Source of the DNA: Candidatus Eiseniibacteriota bacterium | GTDB lineage: Bacteria; Eisenbacteria; RBG-16-71-46; CAVPCR01 | Assembly (NCBI GenBank): GCA_963823555.1 | Contig: CAWGMA010000001.1 | Location: forward strand, 1,952,001-2,016,000 | Length of the DNA: 64,000 bases | Reading direction: 5' to 3' | Shown: in pieces, positions 1 through 10,477 of the stretch | Numbering within the stretch: position 1 is the first letter of the stretch | Layout: the number at the start of each line of letters is the position of its first letter | Notes under the pieces: generated by a model | Seen by the model: the letters and a program-made list of their open reading frames with translations, nothing else | Databases searched by the model: none | What the model was told of the DNA's origin: nothing | Program-made: the position numbers and the translations under genes

Positions 1-20
1 ATCTTCCATTTCCCCGCCAT
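1..20 (-). CDS. 5' end of a gene running off the left edge (MAGKWK...)
   Basis: GGGAG followed by ATG (20-18) just after the era stop; only 6 codons visible. Confidence 0.3.
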
Positions 21-31
21 CTCCCTGCCGT

Positions 32-955
32 CTAGAGTCCCAGCTCCCTGAGGATTCGATCGTCCTTGCGCCATTCCTTCGCGACACGGACCTCGAGCTC
101 GAGAAACACCGGCCGGCCCAGCAGCACCTCGATCTCCTGTCGGGCCTCGGACCCGACACGCTTCAAGGCACGGCCACCCTCCCCGATCAAGATCGCCTTC
201 TGCGTGTCGCGCTCGACGAGGATCTCCGCCTTCACATAGACCTTCGGCCGGCCAGGGTCGTCGACGAACTCGGCGATGCGAACCGCCGTGGCGTACGGCA
301 CCTCTTCGCGGTACCGGCGGAAGACCTTCTCGCGCACGAGCTCAGCGGCAAAGAAGCGTTCCGGGCGATCGGAGAGCGTGTCCGGAGGGTAGAAGGGCGG
401 GCTCTCGGGCAGCCGTGCGGCCAGCTCGGCCTCGAGGCGTTCGACGCCATCACCGCGCAGGGCCGAGAGCGGGATGATCGCGGTGAACTCGCCGAGCGCG
501 GTGATCTGTGCCATCAACGGCAAGAGCTTCGGCTTCGCGATGCGATCGATCTTGTTGAGGATGGCGAACAGCGGGCGACCCCCGGCGCGCGATAGAAGAT
601 CTCGCAGGAGCTCGACTTCGCGGTCGCGGAGCGGATCGCGAGCCTCCACCAGGGCAACGAGCAGATCCGCATCCCCGACCGCCGCCAGCGCCTGTTCGAC
701 CATGCGGCGCTGCAGCTCGTACCTCGGTTCGAGCACCCCCGGCGTGTCGAGAAAGACGATCTGGTAGGAAGGGCGAGACAGGATCCCCACCACTCGCTGG
801 CGCGTGGTCTGCGGCGCGGCGGAAACGATGGAGAGCTTGTGATCGAGCAGCCGATTGAGGAGCGTCGACTTGCCGACATTGGGCCGGCCGAGGATGGCGG
901 CGTAGCCGGCACGAAAGCCCGCGGGGGTTGGCGCGCCGGCCGGGGAATCGCTCAT
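32..955 (-). CDS. era: GTPase Era
   Basis: GRPNVGKS, QTTR, DTPG and NKID G-motifs; C-terminal KH domain (EEVPYA, ILIGEGG). Confidence 0.97.
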   Translation of the reverse strand: MSDSPAGAPTPAGFRAGYAAILGRPNVGKSTLLNRLLDHKLSIVSAAPQTTRQRVVGILSRPSYQIVFLDTPGVLEPRYELQRRMVEQALAAVGDADLLVALVEARDPLRDREVELLRDLLSRAGGRPLFAILNKIDRIAKPKLLPLMAQITALGEFTAIIPLSALRGDGVERLEAELAARLPESPPFYPPDTLSDRPERFFAAELVREKVFRRYREEVPYATAVRIAEFVDDPGRPKVYVKAEILVERDTQKAILIGEGGRALKRVGSEARQEIEVLLGRPVFLELEVRVAKEWRKDDRILRELGL

Positions 956-1902
956 CCCTGCCCGGCCCGAGCCGCCTCCGACTCCTCGAACAGGGCATCG
1001 GCAAACGCCTTTGCCGAGAAGGGCACCAGGTCATCGATACCCTCGCCCACCCCAACCAGAACCACCGGCAGCTTGAGCTCGTTGGCGATCGCGACCACGA
1101 CGCCGCCGCGGGCGGTGCCGTCGAGCTTGGCGAGGACGAGCCCGCTCACGCCCGCCGCGGCGTCGAAGAGGCGAGCCTGCCGGATGGCATTCTGTCCGGT
1201 CGTGGCATCGAGGCAGAGCAGGACCTCATGAGGGGCGCCAGGCAGGCGGCGGGCCACCACTCGGTGCACCTTCTTGAGCTCCTCCATGAGGTGCGCCTTG
1301 TTGTGAAGGCGCCCGGCCGTGTCGAGCAGCAAGACATCCACCCCGCGCGCTTCCCCGGCTGCGACCGCATCGAAGGCCACCGCCGCCGGATCGGCCCCCG
1401 AGCGCTGGCGCACGATCTCCACTCCCGCGCGTTCGGCCCAGGCCTCGAGTTGCTCACCCGCCGCCGCGCGGAAGGTATCGCAGGCACCGATCAGAACGCG
1501 CCTCCCGGCATCGACTTCCCGCTTGGCGATCTTCCCGATCGTCGTCGTCTTGCCGACTCCGTTGACGCCGACCAACATGATCACGTGCGGTCCGGGACCT
1601 CGTTTCGGGTCGGAGGATCCTGCCATGGAGGCTGATTCGAGAAGAGCCACGATCTCCGTCTTGAGCGCCTCTTCGGCGGCGACCGGATCGCTGATGCGCT
1701 CGTCACGGACCCGCTGGCGGAGGTTCTCGATCAAGGTCTCGGTGGCCTCGACACCACAGTCAGCAGCGATCAGGAGCCGCTCGAAATCGGCGAACAGCTC
1801 CTCATCCACGCGGCCGCGATCGAGAGCCCCGCGGAACCCGGCGGCCAGGTTCTGTCGCGTGCGGGCCAGGCCCTGCCGGAGCTTGTCGAAGATGGAAGGC
1901 AT
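952..1902 (-). CDS. ftsY: SRP receptor FtsY
   Basis: GVNGVGKTTT, DTFRAAA, DTAGR, KLDGTARGG motifs. Confidence 0.97.
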   Translation of the reverse strand: MPSIFDKLRQGLARTRQNLAAGFRGALDRGRVDEELFADFERLLIAADCGVEATETLIENLRQRVRDERISDPVAAEEALKTEIVALLESASMAGSSDPKRGPGPHVIMLVGVNGVGKTTTIGKIAKREVDAGRRVLIGACDTFRAAAGEQLEAWAERAGVEIVRQRSGADPAAVAFDAVAAGEARGVDVLLLDTAGRLHNKAHLMEELKKVHRVVARRLPGAPHEVLLCLDATTGQNAIRQARLFDAAAGVSGLVLAKLDGTARGGVVVAIANELKLPVVLVGVGEGIDDLVPFSAKAFADALFEESEAARAGQG

Positions 1903-2008
1903 CGTCCCTCACGGTTACGGCTGCTGGGGGAAATCGACCGCGAGCATTCTAGACCACCTGAGGCGCCGGCGCCAGCCACTCCCCGCGGGCGCGAACGTGC
2001 CGAGTGGC

Positions 2009-2037
2009 TTGCCGCACGGCGCGGCGCGCGTTAGCAT
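2009..2037 (+). promoter_or_regulatory. sigma70-like promoter for yqgE/algH (likely leaderless transcript)
   Basis: TTGCCG-17 nt-TAGCAT, ending 7 nt before the GTG at 2045. Confidence 0.55.
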
Positions 2038-2044
2038 CGCCCGC

Positions 2045-2611
2045 GTGAGCACACAGGTCCTTGCCGCTGGCTCCTTCTTGATCGCCAGTCCCACCCTTCG
2101 CGATCCGAATTTCGCACGGTCCGTCGTGCTCTTGTGCGAACACAGCGACGAGGGCTCGATGGGGTTGATCGTGAACCGACCGAGCGATCGGAGCGTGGCC
2201 GAGGCGCTTCGCGGTGTCGAGAAGCTCCCCCCTCCCGAGGAACGCCTCTTCCTCGGCGGGCCGGTGCAACCCGAGATCCTCCTGGTCCTGCACCGGCTAG
2301 CCGCTCCAGCACCCGGCGCTCAGCCCATCACCGATGGGATGGGACTCGGCGGCGACATGCAGGCGCTCGTGGACCTTCTCGCCGCCAAACGCTCGCCGGA
2401 GGATCGCCTGCGCGTCTATGCCGGCTATGCCGGCTGGGGCGAAGGCCAGCTCGGAGCGGAGATGGATTCCGGAAGCTGGTTCACGCGACCCGCCAGCGCT
2501 CATTTCGTCTTCGATGTCGAGCCCGAGGCCATGTGGGCCGAGGTGATCCGATCCCTCGGCCCCGAGTACGAGCACTACATCACCATGCCCACCGATCCGC
2601 GGGTCAACTAG
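2045..2611 (+). CDS. YqgE/AlgH (DUF179) family protein
   Basis: LIASPTLRDPNFARSVVLLCEH, GLIVNRP, GGPV, GYAGWGEGQL; GTG start inferred inside ORF 1319..2611. Confidence 0.92.
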   Translation: MSTQVLAAGSFLIASPTLRDPNFARSVVLLCEHSDEGSMGLIVNRPSDRSVAEALRGVEKLPPPEERLFLGGPVQPEILLVLHRLAAPAPGAQPITDGMGLGGDMQALVDLLAAKRSPEDRLRVYAGYAGWGEGQLGAEMDSGSWFTRPASAHFVFDVEPEAMWAEVIRSLGPEYEHYITMPTDPRVN

Positions 2612-2693
2612 GAACCGTGCCGACCGCCGTCGGCGCCAACGCGGCGCCACCGCATGAGCATGTGAGGGGCCCACGCCAGGGAGCGAACGCCGG

Positions 2694-3905
2694 ATGAAAG
2701 CAGACAGCAATTCGATCCTGATCGGCATCGTGGTGGGGACCGCCGCGGCCTTCGCCGGCGTGCTCCTCTTCGGGCCGGAGATGGTGCGCTTCGAGTTCCT
2801 CGGCACCTTCTTCCTCAAGGCCCTGAAGATGATCATCGTGCCGCTGATCGTGGCCTCGATCGTCGTCGGGATCTCCGGCCTCGGTGATGTGCGCGCCATG
2901 GGACGCATCGGCGGCCTGACGCTCGCCTACTACGCGCTCACGACGGGCGTCGCCGTCGCTCTCGGCATCCTCATGGTGAACCTGATCCAGCCCGGGAGCG
3001 GGGTCGAGCTCTTGGCGGGCGGAGTCGCGCCGGACGTGATCGCCGGACGCGAAGCCACGGGCTTGAAGGAGATCCTCCTCTCGTTCGTCTCCGACAACAT
3101 CGTCAAGGCCATGGCCGATCTCGACATGCTGCCCATCATCGTCTTCTCGCTGTTCTTCGCCTCCGTGCTGACGACCGTGGGTGATAAGGGGCGCCCGGTC
3201 ATCGCCTTCTTCGAGGGTCTCAATGCGGCCGTCATGAAGATGGTGCACCTGATCATGTTCCTGACCCCGATCGGCGTGTTCGGTCTGATCGCTGGACGAT
3301 TCGGGAGGGCAGGCGACCTGGGAGCCCTGATCAGCGGGCTGGGCAAGTACATGGCCACGGTCCTGATCGGCCTCGGCATTCATGCCGTGGTGATTCTGCC
3401 GTTGATCCTCTGGTTCTTCGGTCGCCGCAACCCCGCTCGCTACGCCGTCGGCATGTCGCCGGCCCTGCTCACAGCGTTCTCGACCGCATCCTCGTCGGCG
3501 ACTCTGCCGCTGACGATCGAATGTGTCGAGGAGCGCAACAAGGTGAAGCGCAAGGCGGCCTACTGCGTTCTCCCGGTCGGAGCGACCATCAACATGGATG
3601 GCACCGCGCTCTACGAATCGGTTGCCGCCATCTTCATCGCCCAGGCCTACGGCATCGACCTCACCGCCATGCAACAGGTCGTGATCTTCCTGACGGCCAC
3701 CCTGGCGGCCATCGGTGCTGCCGGGATCCCCGAGGCCGGGCTCGTGACCATGGTCATCGTTCTCGGGGCGGTGGGCCTGCCGCTCGAGGGCATCGGGCTG
3801 ATCCTGGCCGTGGACTGGCTCCTGGACCGCTTCCGGACCGCCGTCAATGTCTGGGGAGATGCTTGCGGCGCTGCGGTGATCGCCCGGGCGATGCCTCCCG
3901 GGTGA
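2694..3905 (+). CDS. dicarboxylate/amino acid:cation symporter (GltP/GltT family)
   Basis: FSTASSSATLP, GATINMDGTALY, DRFRTAVNVWGD motifs. Confidence 0.95.
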   Translation: MKADSNSILIGIVVGTAAAFAGVLLFGPEMVRFEFLGTFFLKALKMIIVPLIVASIVVGISGLGDVRAMGRIGGLTLAYYALTTGVAVALGILMVNLIQPGSGVELLAGGVAPDVIAGREATGLKEILLSFVSDNIVKAMADLDMLPIIVFSLFFASVLTTVGDKGRPVIAFFEGLNAAVMKMVHLIMFLTPIGVFGLIAGRFGRAGDLGALISGLGKYMATVLIGLGIHAVVILPLILWFFGRRNPARYAVGMSPALLTAFSTASSSATLPLTIECVEERNKVKRKAAYCVLPVGATINMDGTALYESVAAIFIAQAYGIDLTAMQQVVIFLTATLAAIGAAGIPEAGLVTMVIVLGAVGLPLEGIGLILAVDWLLDRFRTAVNVWGDACGAAVIARAMPPG

Positions 3906-3923
3906 TCAGGGACGCGGCCATAG

Positions 3924-3950
3924 CCCCGCCGTGATGCTCAAGCGGCGGGG
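3924..3950. terminator. GC-rich hairpin between convergent symporter and smc
   Basis: CCCCGCCG...CGGCGGGG inverted repeat; no U tract. Confidence 0.35.
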
Positions 3951-3962
3951 ATGGGAGTCGCG

Positions 3963-6900
3963 CTAGCCGAGAGCCGGCTCGGGCGTGGCGTCACCGTCGA
4001 GGACCTCGCCCCCCGACCCGTTGCCACCACCGGCAACCGCCAGCTCCGCCTCGCCCTGTCCCTGATCCGCGTCCGCCGCTGTCTCGACCACGTCCTCCCC
4101 CTCGGACAGCTCGCCGTGATCGAGTCGCACCGAGACCAGCTTCGACACCCCCGGCTCCTCCATCGTCACCCCGTAGAGGCGCTCGCATGCCTCCATCGTG
4201 CGCTTGTTGTGGGTGATGACGATGAACTGTGTGTCACGCTGGAACTGACGCAGCAGCTTGACGAAACGATCTACGTTGGCATCGTCGAGCGGCGCATCCA
4301 CTTCGTCCATGATGCAGAATGGGCTGGGCTTGACCAGATAGATCGAGAACAGGAGTGAGATGGCAGTCAGCGCCCGCTCGCCCCCCGACATCATGCGGAT
4401 CGAACGCAGAGCCTTGCCCCGCGGGCGGGCCATGATCTCGATGCCGCCGTCGAGATCGTCGCCGACCAGGGAGAGCTCGGCCTCTCCGCCTTCGAAGAGG
4501 GTGGAGAAGACGCGCCGGAAGTTCTCCTTCACCTGGCCGAAGGTCTGACTGGAAGAGCTCGGAGGCGGTCTGGTTGATCTTCTCGATCGCCTGCGAGGAG
4601 CTCCTCCCGGGCAGCCACCAGGTCGTCACGCTGCTTGGTCAGGAAGTCGAACCGCTGCTTGACCTCTTCGTACTGCTCGATGGCAAGGAGATTCACCGGA
4701 CCGATCCGGCGTAGCCGCTCCTTGAGATGGTTGAGCTCGGCCAGGGCCTCACCGGATCCTGCCCTTCGGCCAGCACTTCGTTGGTCTCGAGGAGCTCAAT
4801 GTCGTACTCCTCACGGATCCGGGCAGCGATGGCCTCGATCTCGCCGCGAGCGCGTTCCAGATCGAGCTCGTCCTTGTGCACGCCTTCGAGCAACCCGTCG
4901 AATCCGTGTCGAGCTTCGCGCGCCGCCTTCTCTTCGGCGACAACCTCCGCCCGCGCTTCACCCTCGGCGGTCTCGAGCGCGCGCACCCGGACCTCCTTCT
5001 CCTCGCGAGCCAGCATCGCCTCGGCGATCTGGGTCTCGTGCTCGGCAATCGATGCGGCCAGGTTCGCCAGTAGCGTGTCTCCGTTCTCGATCTCGGCGGT
5101 CAGGCGAGTCATCTCGCCTTCGATGTCCGCCAGCTCGCCGCCCAGGCGCTCGTGCTCGTTCCGTACCTCGGCGAGTCGGGCGGAAAGCGTGGTCCACGCA
5201 ATACGGCTCTCCTGCTCGGCGGCCAGGCGGAGATCACGCTCTTCCTCGAGTCGAGTCACCTCGGTCTCGAGATCGGCACAGTCGGCGGCAAAGGTCTGGC
5301 TCTCGCGATGGGAATCATCGAGCGCCGTCCCGAGTGCCGATTCACGAGCCCCCAGATGCTCGAGCTCGACGGCAAGGGCCGAGACGGCCCCCTCGAGATC
5401 GACGATCACCTCGGCCTTGATCTGGGCGGCCAGAGCCTGCTCGGCGTGCGCCTTCTCGCGGGCGAACACCGCTTCGCGCTCCACCTCATGACGGCTCCTG
5501 AGCTCGCGCTGAGCCCCGGCGCTCGCCTCGCGCTCAGCCCTGAGCTCGGCCTCCTCCTGTCTGAGGGCGGCAATCTGCGTCCTGAGGGGCACCAGTTCCT
5601 CCTCGGTGGCAGCGATCTCCTGCTCCCGGGACAGGACGCTGGACCCCGTACCGTCGCCGCCACTGATCGCGCCCGCTCGCGTCCATAGCTCGCCCTCGAG
5701 GGTGACTACCCGATACCCGGCCGCCTCGGGTCGCTCGATGAGCGAGCGGGCACTCGCCCGGTCGCTCACCAGGATGACATCGCCGAGCAGGTAGTGGATC
5801 GCGCCTGCGAATCGCGGTTCATGCGCTTCGACGAGATCGCTGAGGCGACCGAGAAGGCCATCGCCGGTGGGAATGTCACCGTCCGTTCTGGCTGCGATGC
5901 CGGCGAGCGGGAGGAACGTGGCCCGACCCCCCTCGCTCTGGCGCAGATGATCGATATGGCCGGCCGGGGCGTCGCGATCGTCGATCACGATGGTGCCGAC
6001 GCCGGATCCCAACGCCGTTTCCACCGCGTCGACCAGCTCGGCTGGTACGCGCATCAGCTCGGCGACCGTACCGTGAATGCCCGATGGCCGGCCACCTGCG
6101 AGCAGTGTCTGCACGCCCCGCGCGAAACCCTCGTAGCGGCGGCGGAGATCGAGGAGCACGGCAAGGCGCGACTCATGGGCCGCTGCGCTCTCGCCGAGCG
6201 CCATCAGCTTCTGGCCTGCCTGTTCGGCAGACAGGGTGAGTGCGATGGTGCGCGCCTCGATCTCATCGAGCTCGGACCGGGTCGCATCACAGGCGGCACG
6301 GGAGGTGGCGAGCTCGGTGGCCGCCCGGTCGCGCTCGGCCTCAGCGCGCTCCTTCTCAGCGCGTACCTGCTCGAGATCTGCGGCGATACGGTCACGCCGT
6401 CCGGAGATTTCCTCCTGCTTGCGTCGAGTTTCGGCCAGCACCGTACGGCGCTCGACATGGTCCTCGACCAGCCCCAGGTTGAGCTGCTTCTTCTCGGAGA
6501 GCTCGATGCGGCGCTGCTTCCACATCCGCTCGATCTCGCTCCGCGCCTCCTCCCGCGAGCCGAGCTCAGCCTCGCTCGCCGCCGCCACCGCGCTCAGCCG
6601 CGAGAGCTCTCCGGCCGCCGTCTCCTCCGCCGCTGCAACGATCCCCCGCCGTTCGTCCAGCCGCGTGAGCGTCGCGCGGGCCTCGCTGGTGCGGGTCTGG
6701 GTCGCCAGGTCTCCGCTCGCGCAGCACCCGCACCTCACTCGACCACTCGGCTACCAGGCGATCGTGCCGATCCAGCTCCTCCTGCGCGACCCTGAGCTCG
6801 CGCTCGAGATCGGTCTGGCGGAGGCGCCGCTCCTCGACGGTCAGCTCGTAGCCGGAGATCCGCGCGCGCTCGCCCTCGAGATCGGTTCGCGATCCGGCCA

Positions 6901-7642
6901 GCCGCTCGGCGAGTTCGTCGCGCCGGGCCGCGAGTTCGTGCACGCGCTGGCGGCCCAGGGCCAGGTCCAGATGGCGAATGCGCTCGATGGTGCGCTTGTA
7001 GCGGCGGGCTCGCCCCACCTGCCGGCCAAGCGAGTGAGTCTCGCGCTCGACCTCGCTGATGATGTCGGCAACGCGCACCAGATCGGTCTCTGTCGCCTTG
7101 AGCTTGAGCAACGCCTCGTGCTTCCGCGCCTTGTACTTGGTGATTCCGGCGGCCTCTTCGAGGATCTGCCGGCGCTGTCCCGAGTCATCGGAGAGCACCG
7201 ACTCCACCATCTCCCGGGCAATCAGCGAGTAGCCGCTCGATCCGATCCCGGTGTCGAGAAGCAGGTCCCGCACGTCGCGAAGGCGACACGGCTTGCGGTT
7301 GAGCACGTAATCGCTCTGCCCGGAACGGAACAGCCGGCGGCCAACGACCACCGTGGAGTACTCGACCGGAAGGAGGTTCTTCGTGTTCGAGAAGGTGAGA
7401 AAGACCTCGGACATCCCCAGCGGCTTGCGGGTCGCGGTCCCGTTGAAGATCACGTCCTCCATGGAGTGCCCGCGGAGGAGACGCGCCGACTGCTCGCCGA
7501 GAACCCAGCGGATGGCGTCGGAGAGGTTCGACTTTCCGCACCCGTTGGGCCCGACGATGCCGGTTACCCCTGCCCCGAAGCGCAACGTGAGCTTGTAGGG
7601 AATGGACTTGAACCCGAAGATCTCGAGCTTCTCGAGGAACAT
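3963..7642 (-). CDS. smc: chromosome segregation protein SMC (about 1225 aa, broken by four apparent frameshifts)
   Basis: N-terminal GFKS and GPNGCGKSN; hinge region; GPVNLLAIEQYEE; MSGGE and DEVDAPLDD. Frame changes near 6712, 4751, 4597 and 4551. Confidence 0.93.
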
Positions 7643-7747
7643 CAGCCCTCCTGGCAGATGCCGGCAGGTGAATCGATCAGCACCCTGCCGGAATGTCCCG
7701 GCGCGCCTCCGGCGCACCGGTGGGTCGGACGAGAAATCGAATCGCGT

Positions 7748-10345
7748 CTAGCGCGGGATCCTCTGCACTTGCGCCGCGGGCGAGAGCTGGTCGGCCCGAA
7801 CCGTCTCCATGACACGGCTGGCCTCGCTCTGGCTCGAATACGGTCCGAGGAGAACGCGTTGCCACGTCCCCTTCCCCGGGATGTCGACGCTGACGATGAC
7901 ACCCTGATAGCCGAGAGCCTGATAGTTGCCCAGGTCCTCTTCCGCCTTGGCCAACGTGCGGAAGGAGCTGACATGAACGCCATAGGTTCCCGTGCCTCCC
8001 GGAACACGTGGGGCCACACTCGCATCCGCGCGAGTCTGCGGCGGGGCCACCTGCGGCCTGCTCTCGGCAGGACGGGTCACGGGCTCAGCCGCTCCAGCCG
8101 GGGCCGGCGCAGCCGCTGCCGGCTCCTGCGACACCGGCTCACTCGACCCCCCATCGCCACCGACGGCTGAGGTCACGGCATCGCCCGGAGGAGATGCCTC
8201 CTCACCCAGCTCGGATGCGGGTGGTGCGGTCGCGGGCGCCTCGGTGCTTGCCGGCTGCGGCAGCCGGCGCTCGAGGCGAATGACACCGCTCTTGTACGCC
8301 CAACCGAGGATCAGCAGGACGCCGATGAGCCCACCGATGACGAGGATGCGCCACGGGGTATGGTTCGGCCGCTCGACCACAACCTCCTCCCGCGGGATGA
8401 GCTCTTCCTCGAGCTCTTCGATGACTGGACCGACTCCTTCCGGTGCCTCGAGCACCGTGCTTGATGCTGCAGGCAGATCAGCGAAGGTCGGGGGCCACGG
8501 CGCGTCTTCCGCTTCCTTTTCCTTCTCCGATTCCTGAGAGTCGCCGCCAATCTCCGCGGCAGGTGGGCCGGAGACCTCGTGTGTGATCTCGCCCCAGACC
8601 GGTGCCGCCGCCTCGGGCTCCACCACCTCCGGCTCCGGCTCCCAGGCCGGTGCCGCCGCCTCGGGCTCCACCACCTCCGGCTCCGGCTCCCAGGCCGGTG
8701 CTGCCGCCTCGGGCTCCACCACCTCCGGCTCCGGCTCCCAGGCCGGTGCCGCCGCCTCGGGCTCCACCACCTCCGGCTCCGGCTCCCAGGCCGGTGCCGC
8801 CGCCTCGGGCTCCACCACCTCCGGCTCCAACTCCCAGGCCGGTGCCGCCGCCTCGGGCTCCACCACCTCCGGCTCCGGCTCCCAGGCCGGTGCCGCCGCC
8901 TCGGGCTCCACCACCTCCGGCTCCGGCTCCCAGGCCGGTGCTGCCGCCTCGGGCTCCACCACCTCCGGCTCCGGCTCCCAGGCCGACGCCGCCGCCTCGG
9001 GCTCCACCACCTCCGGCTCCGACTCCTTCTCGGAATCCTCCGGCTTCGGCTCTCCTGCAGGCTTCCCGGGTGCACTCCTGGTCAGGCGATCCCACGCCGC
9101 CTCGAACGAGCGCGCGAAATCCTCTCCCCCGAGGCTGGGGGGGCTCGCCGCAGCGCCACCCGTTCCCGTCCCGTCCCCTACAGCCTGAGCTTCTGCGCTC
9201 TCTTCACCGGGCTCAGCGGGCTTCGCGACATTCTCCACGGATTCCACGGAAGGCCCGGCGGGCGGCGGCGATGCCAGATCCTCGGGGGGCGAGGGGGGCC
9301 TGGACCTGGTCTGGCTTGCGAACGGGGTCACGCCGATGGGCGTGGCTCCGGGGCCTCGCAACCGCGCCACTTCGGCTGCCCACAGGGATGCTGCGGTCTC
9401 ATCCACTTCGCTGGTCTCGCGGATCACGACTTCCGCCTGGTCCTCCAGATCGAACCCAGGTACGCGATCCGCGGCCGACGAGGTCAGGAACTTGTCTGCC
9501 CAGTCGGCATCGAGCGCGGGGGGTGCGGCCCCCTGGGGCTCGGAATCCGCTTCGCTCGTGCGCTGCCCGGCGACCGATGCCTCTCCGGCCGGGGGCTGGA
9601 CCATGCGATCTGCGGTCAGCGGCCCCTCGGTCACGAGGCCGAGGATCGGGGCATCCATGTCCCACAGCGTGAGGTAGCTCCGGCGGATCGCATCGCGCGC
9701 CACGGCGTGGAGACCGTAGGCAATGATGATCGAATCGAGCCGGCGCGTGATCATGCTGAGGATCGCCGTCGGCAGTCCGCTCGTGGTAGTGATGAGCGTG
9801 AGGTCGGAATGCTGGCGCAGGGCGCCGAGCACCCTTTCCCATTCATCACCGTGAATCGGCTCCCCGGACCACGGATGCGACCCGGCCGTGATGATCCGGA
9901 CCCCGGAGATCCCGCTCTCCGCGGCCACGGCGGCGTAGGAGCAGCCGTAGAGCAGCATGTCGATGAGCCCCTCGCGCTGGCTGCGCGGAGCGTTGAGTGC
10001 CGGGTGCCGGAGCTCGGCTTCGACGATCGTCACGCTCCGCCCGCGCCTTGCCAGGCGCGCCGCCAGATTGGCCGCCAACCGGAAGCGCAGGGGATCCTCG
10101 TCGAGACCAAGGCAGGCAAGCAGCTTGAGCGGCATGTGCTCGGCCAGGAGGTCGATCCGCCCGATGATCGGATCGTAGGCCTCGCTCGCATCGACGAGGT
10201 CCATGATCGAGAACGGGGGGGCGATCTCGGACTCGGTGCGCGCCAGCGCGCCGAGCAAGGAGACGTTCAAGTCACCTGCCACCTGGGCAGGTGACTCGTA
10301 GTGGTCCGGCTCACCGCGTCCCATGGCCGGAAGGGGAGATTGCAT
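7748..10345 (-). CDS. bitopic membrane protein: degenerate ParA/BY-kinase-like N-domain, acidic tandem repeat, TM helix, C-terminal SPOR domain
   Basis: [49 protein letters not shown]-like YGVHVSSF...WQRVLLGPY; start uncertain. Confidence 0.75.
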   Translation of the reverse strand: MQSPLPAMGRGEPDHYESPAQVAGDLNVSLLGALARTESEIAPPFSIMDLVDASEAYDPIIGRIDLLAEHMPLKLLACLGLDEDPLRFRLAANLAARLARRGRSVTIVEAELRHPALNAPRSQREGLIDMLLYGCSYAAVAAESGISGVRIITAGSHPWSGEPIHGDEWERVLGALRQHSDLTLITTTSGLPTAILSMITRRLDSIIIAYGLHAVARDAIRRSYLTLWDMDAPILGLVTEGPLTADRMVQPPAGEASVAGQRTSEADSEPQGAAPPALDADWADKFLTSSAADRVPGFDLEDQAEVVIRETSEVDETAASLWAAEVARLRGPGATPIGVTPFASQTRSRPPSPPEDLASPPPAGPSVESVENVAKPAEPGEESAEAQAVGDGTGTGGAAASPPSLGGEDFARSFEAAWDRLTRSAPGKPAGEPKPEDSEKESEPEVVEPEAAASAWEPEPEVVEPEAAAPAWEPEPEVVEPEAAAPAWEPEPEVVEPEAAAPAWELEPEVVEPEAAAPAWEPEPEVVEPEAAAPAWEPEPEVVEPEAAAPAWEPEPEVVEPEAAAPAWEPEPEVVEPEAAAPVWGEITHEVSGPPAAEIGGDSQESEKEKEAEDAPWPPTFADLPAASSTVLEAPEGVGPVIEELEEELIPREEVVVERPNHTPWRILVIGGLIGVLLILGWAYKSGVIRLERRLPQPASTEAPATAPPASELGEEASPPGDAVTSAVGGDGGSSEPVSQEPAAAAPAPAGAAEPVTRPAESRPQVAPPQTRADASVAPRVPGGTGTYGVHVSSFRTLAKAEEDLGNYQALGYQGVIVSVDIPGKGTWQRVLLGPYSSQSEASRVMETVRADQLSPAAQVQRIPR
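8594..9025. repeat. 9 x 48-bp coding tandem repeat ([16 protein letters not shown])
   Basis: units start at 8594, 8642, 8690, 8738, 8786, 8834, 8882, 8930 and 8978; near-identical, no spacers. Confidence 0.95.
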
Positions 10346-10477
10346 CCTGACTCCTGCTCGTCATGACCATAACCAAGTGAAGACCGTCGGCTCGCCCCGG
10401 CGACCTGCAAGCAACCGCTCCCACGATGCTCGCGGGGCCGCCGATCGCAGCCGTGATCTGCCGTCTCCCACCACCAC

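Noticed and set aside
8594..9025. Tandem repeat as a CRISPR array
   Set aside because: No unique spacers, the unit is a multiple of 3 inside a CDS, and there are no cas genes
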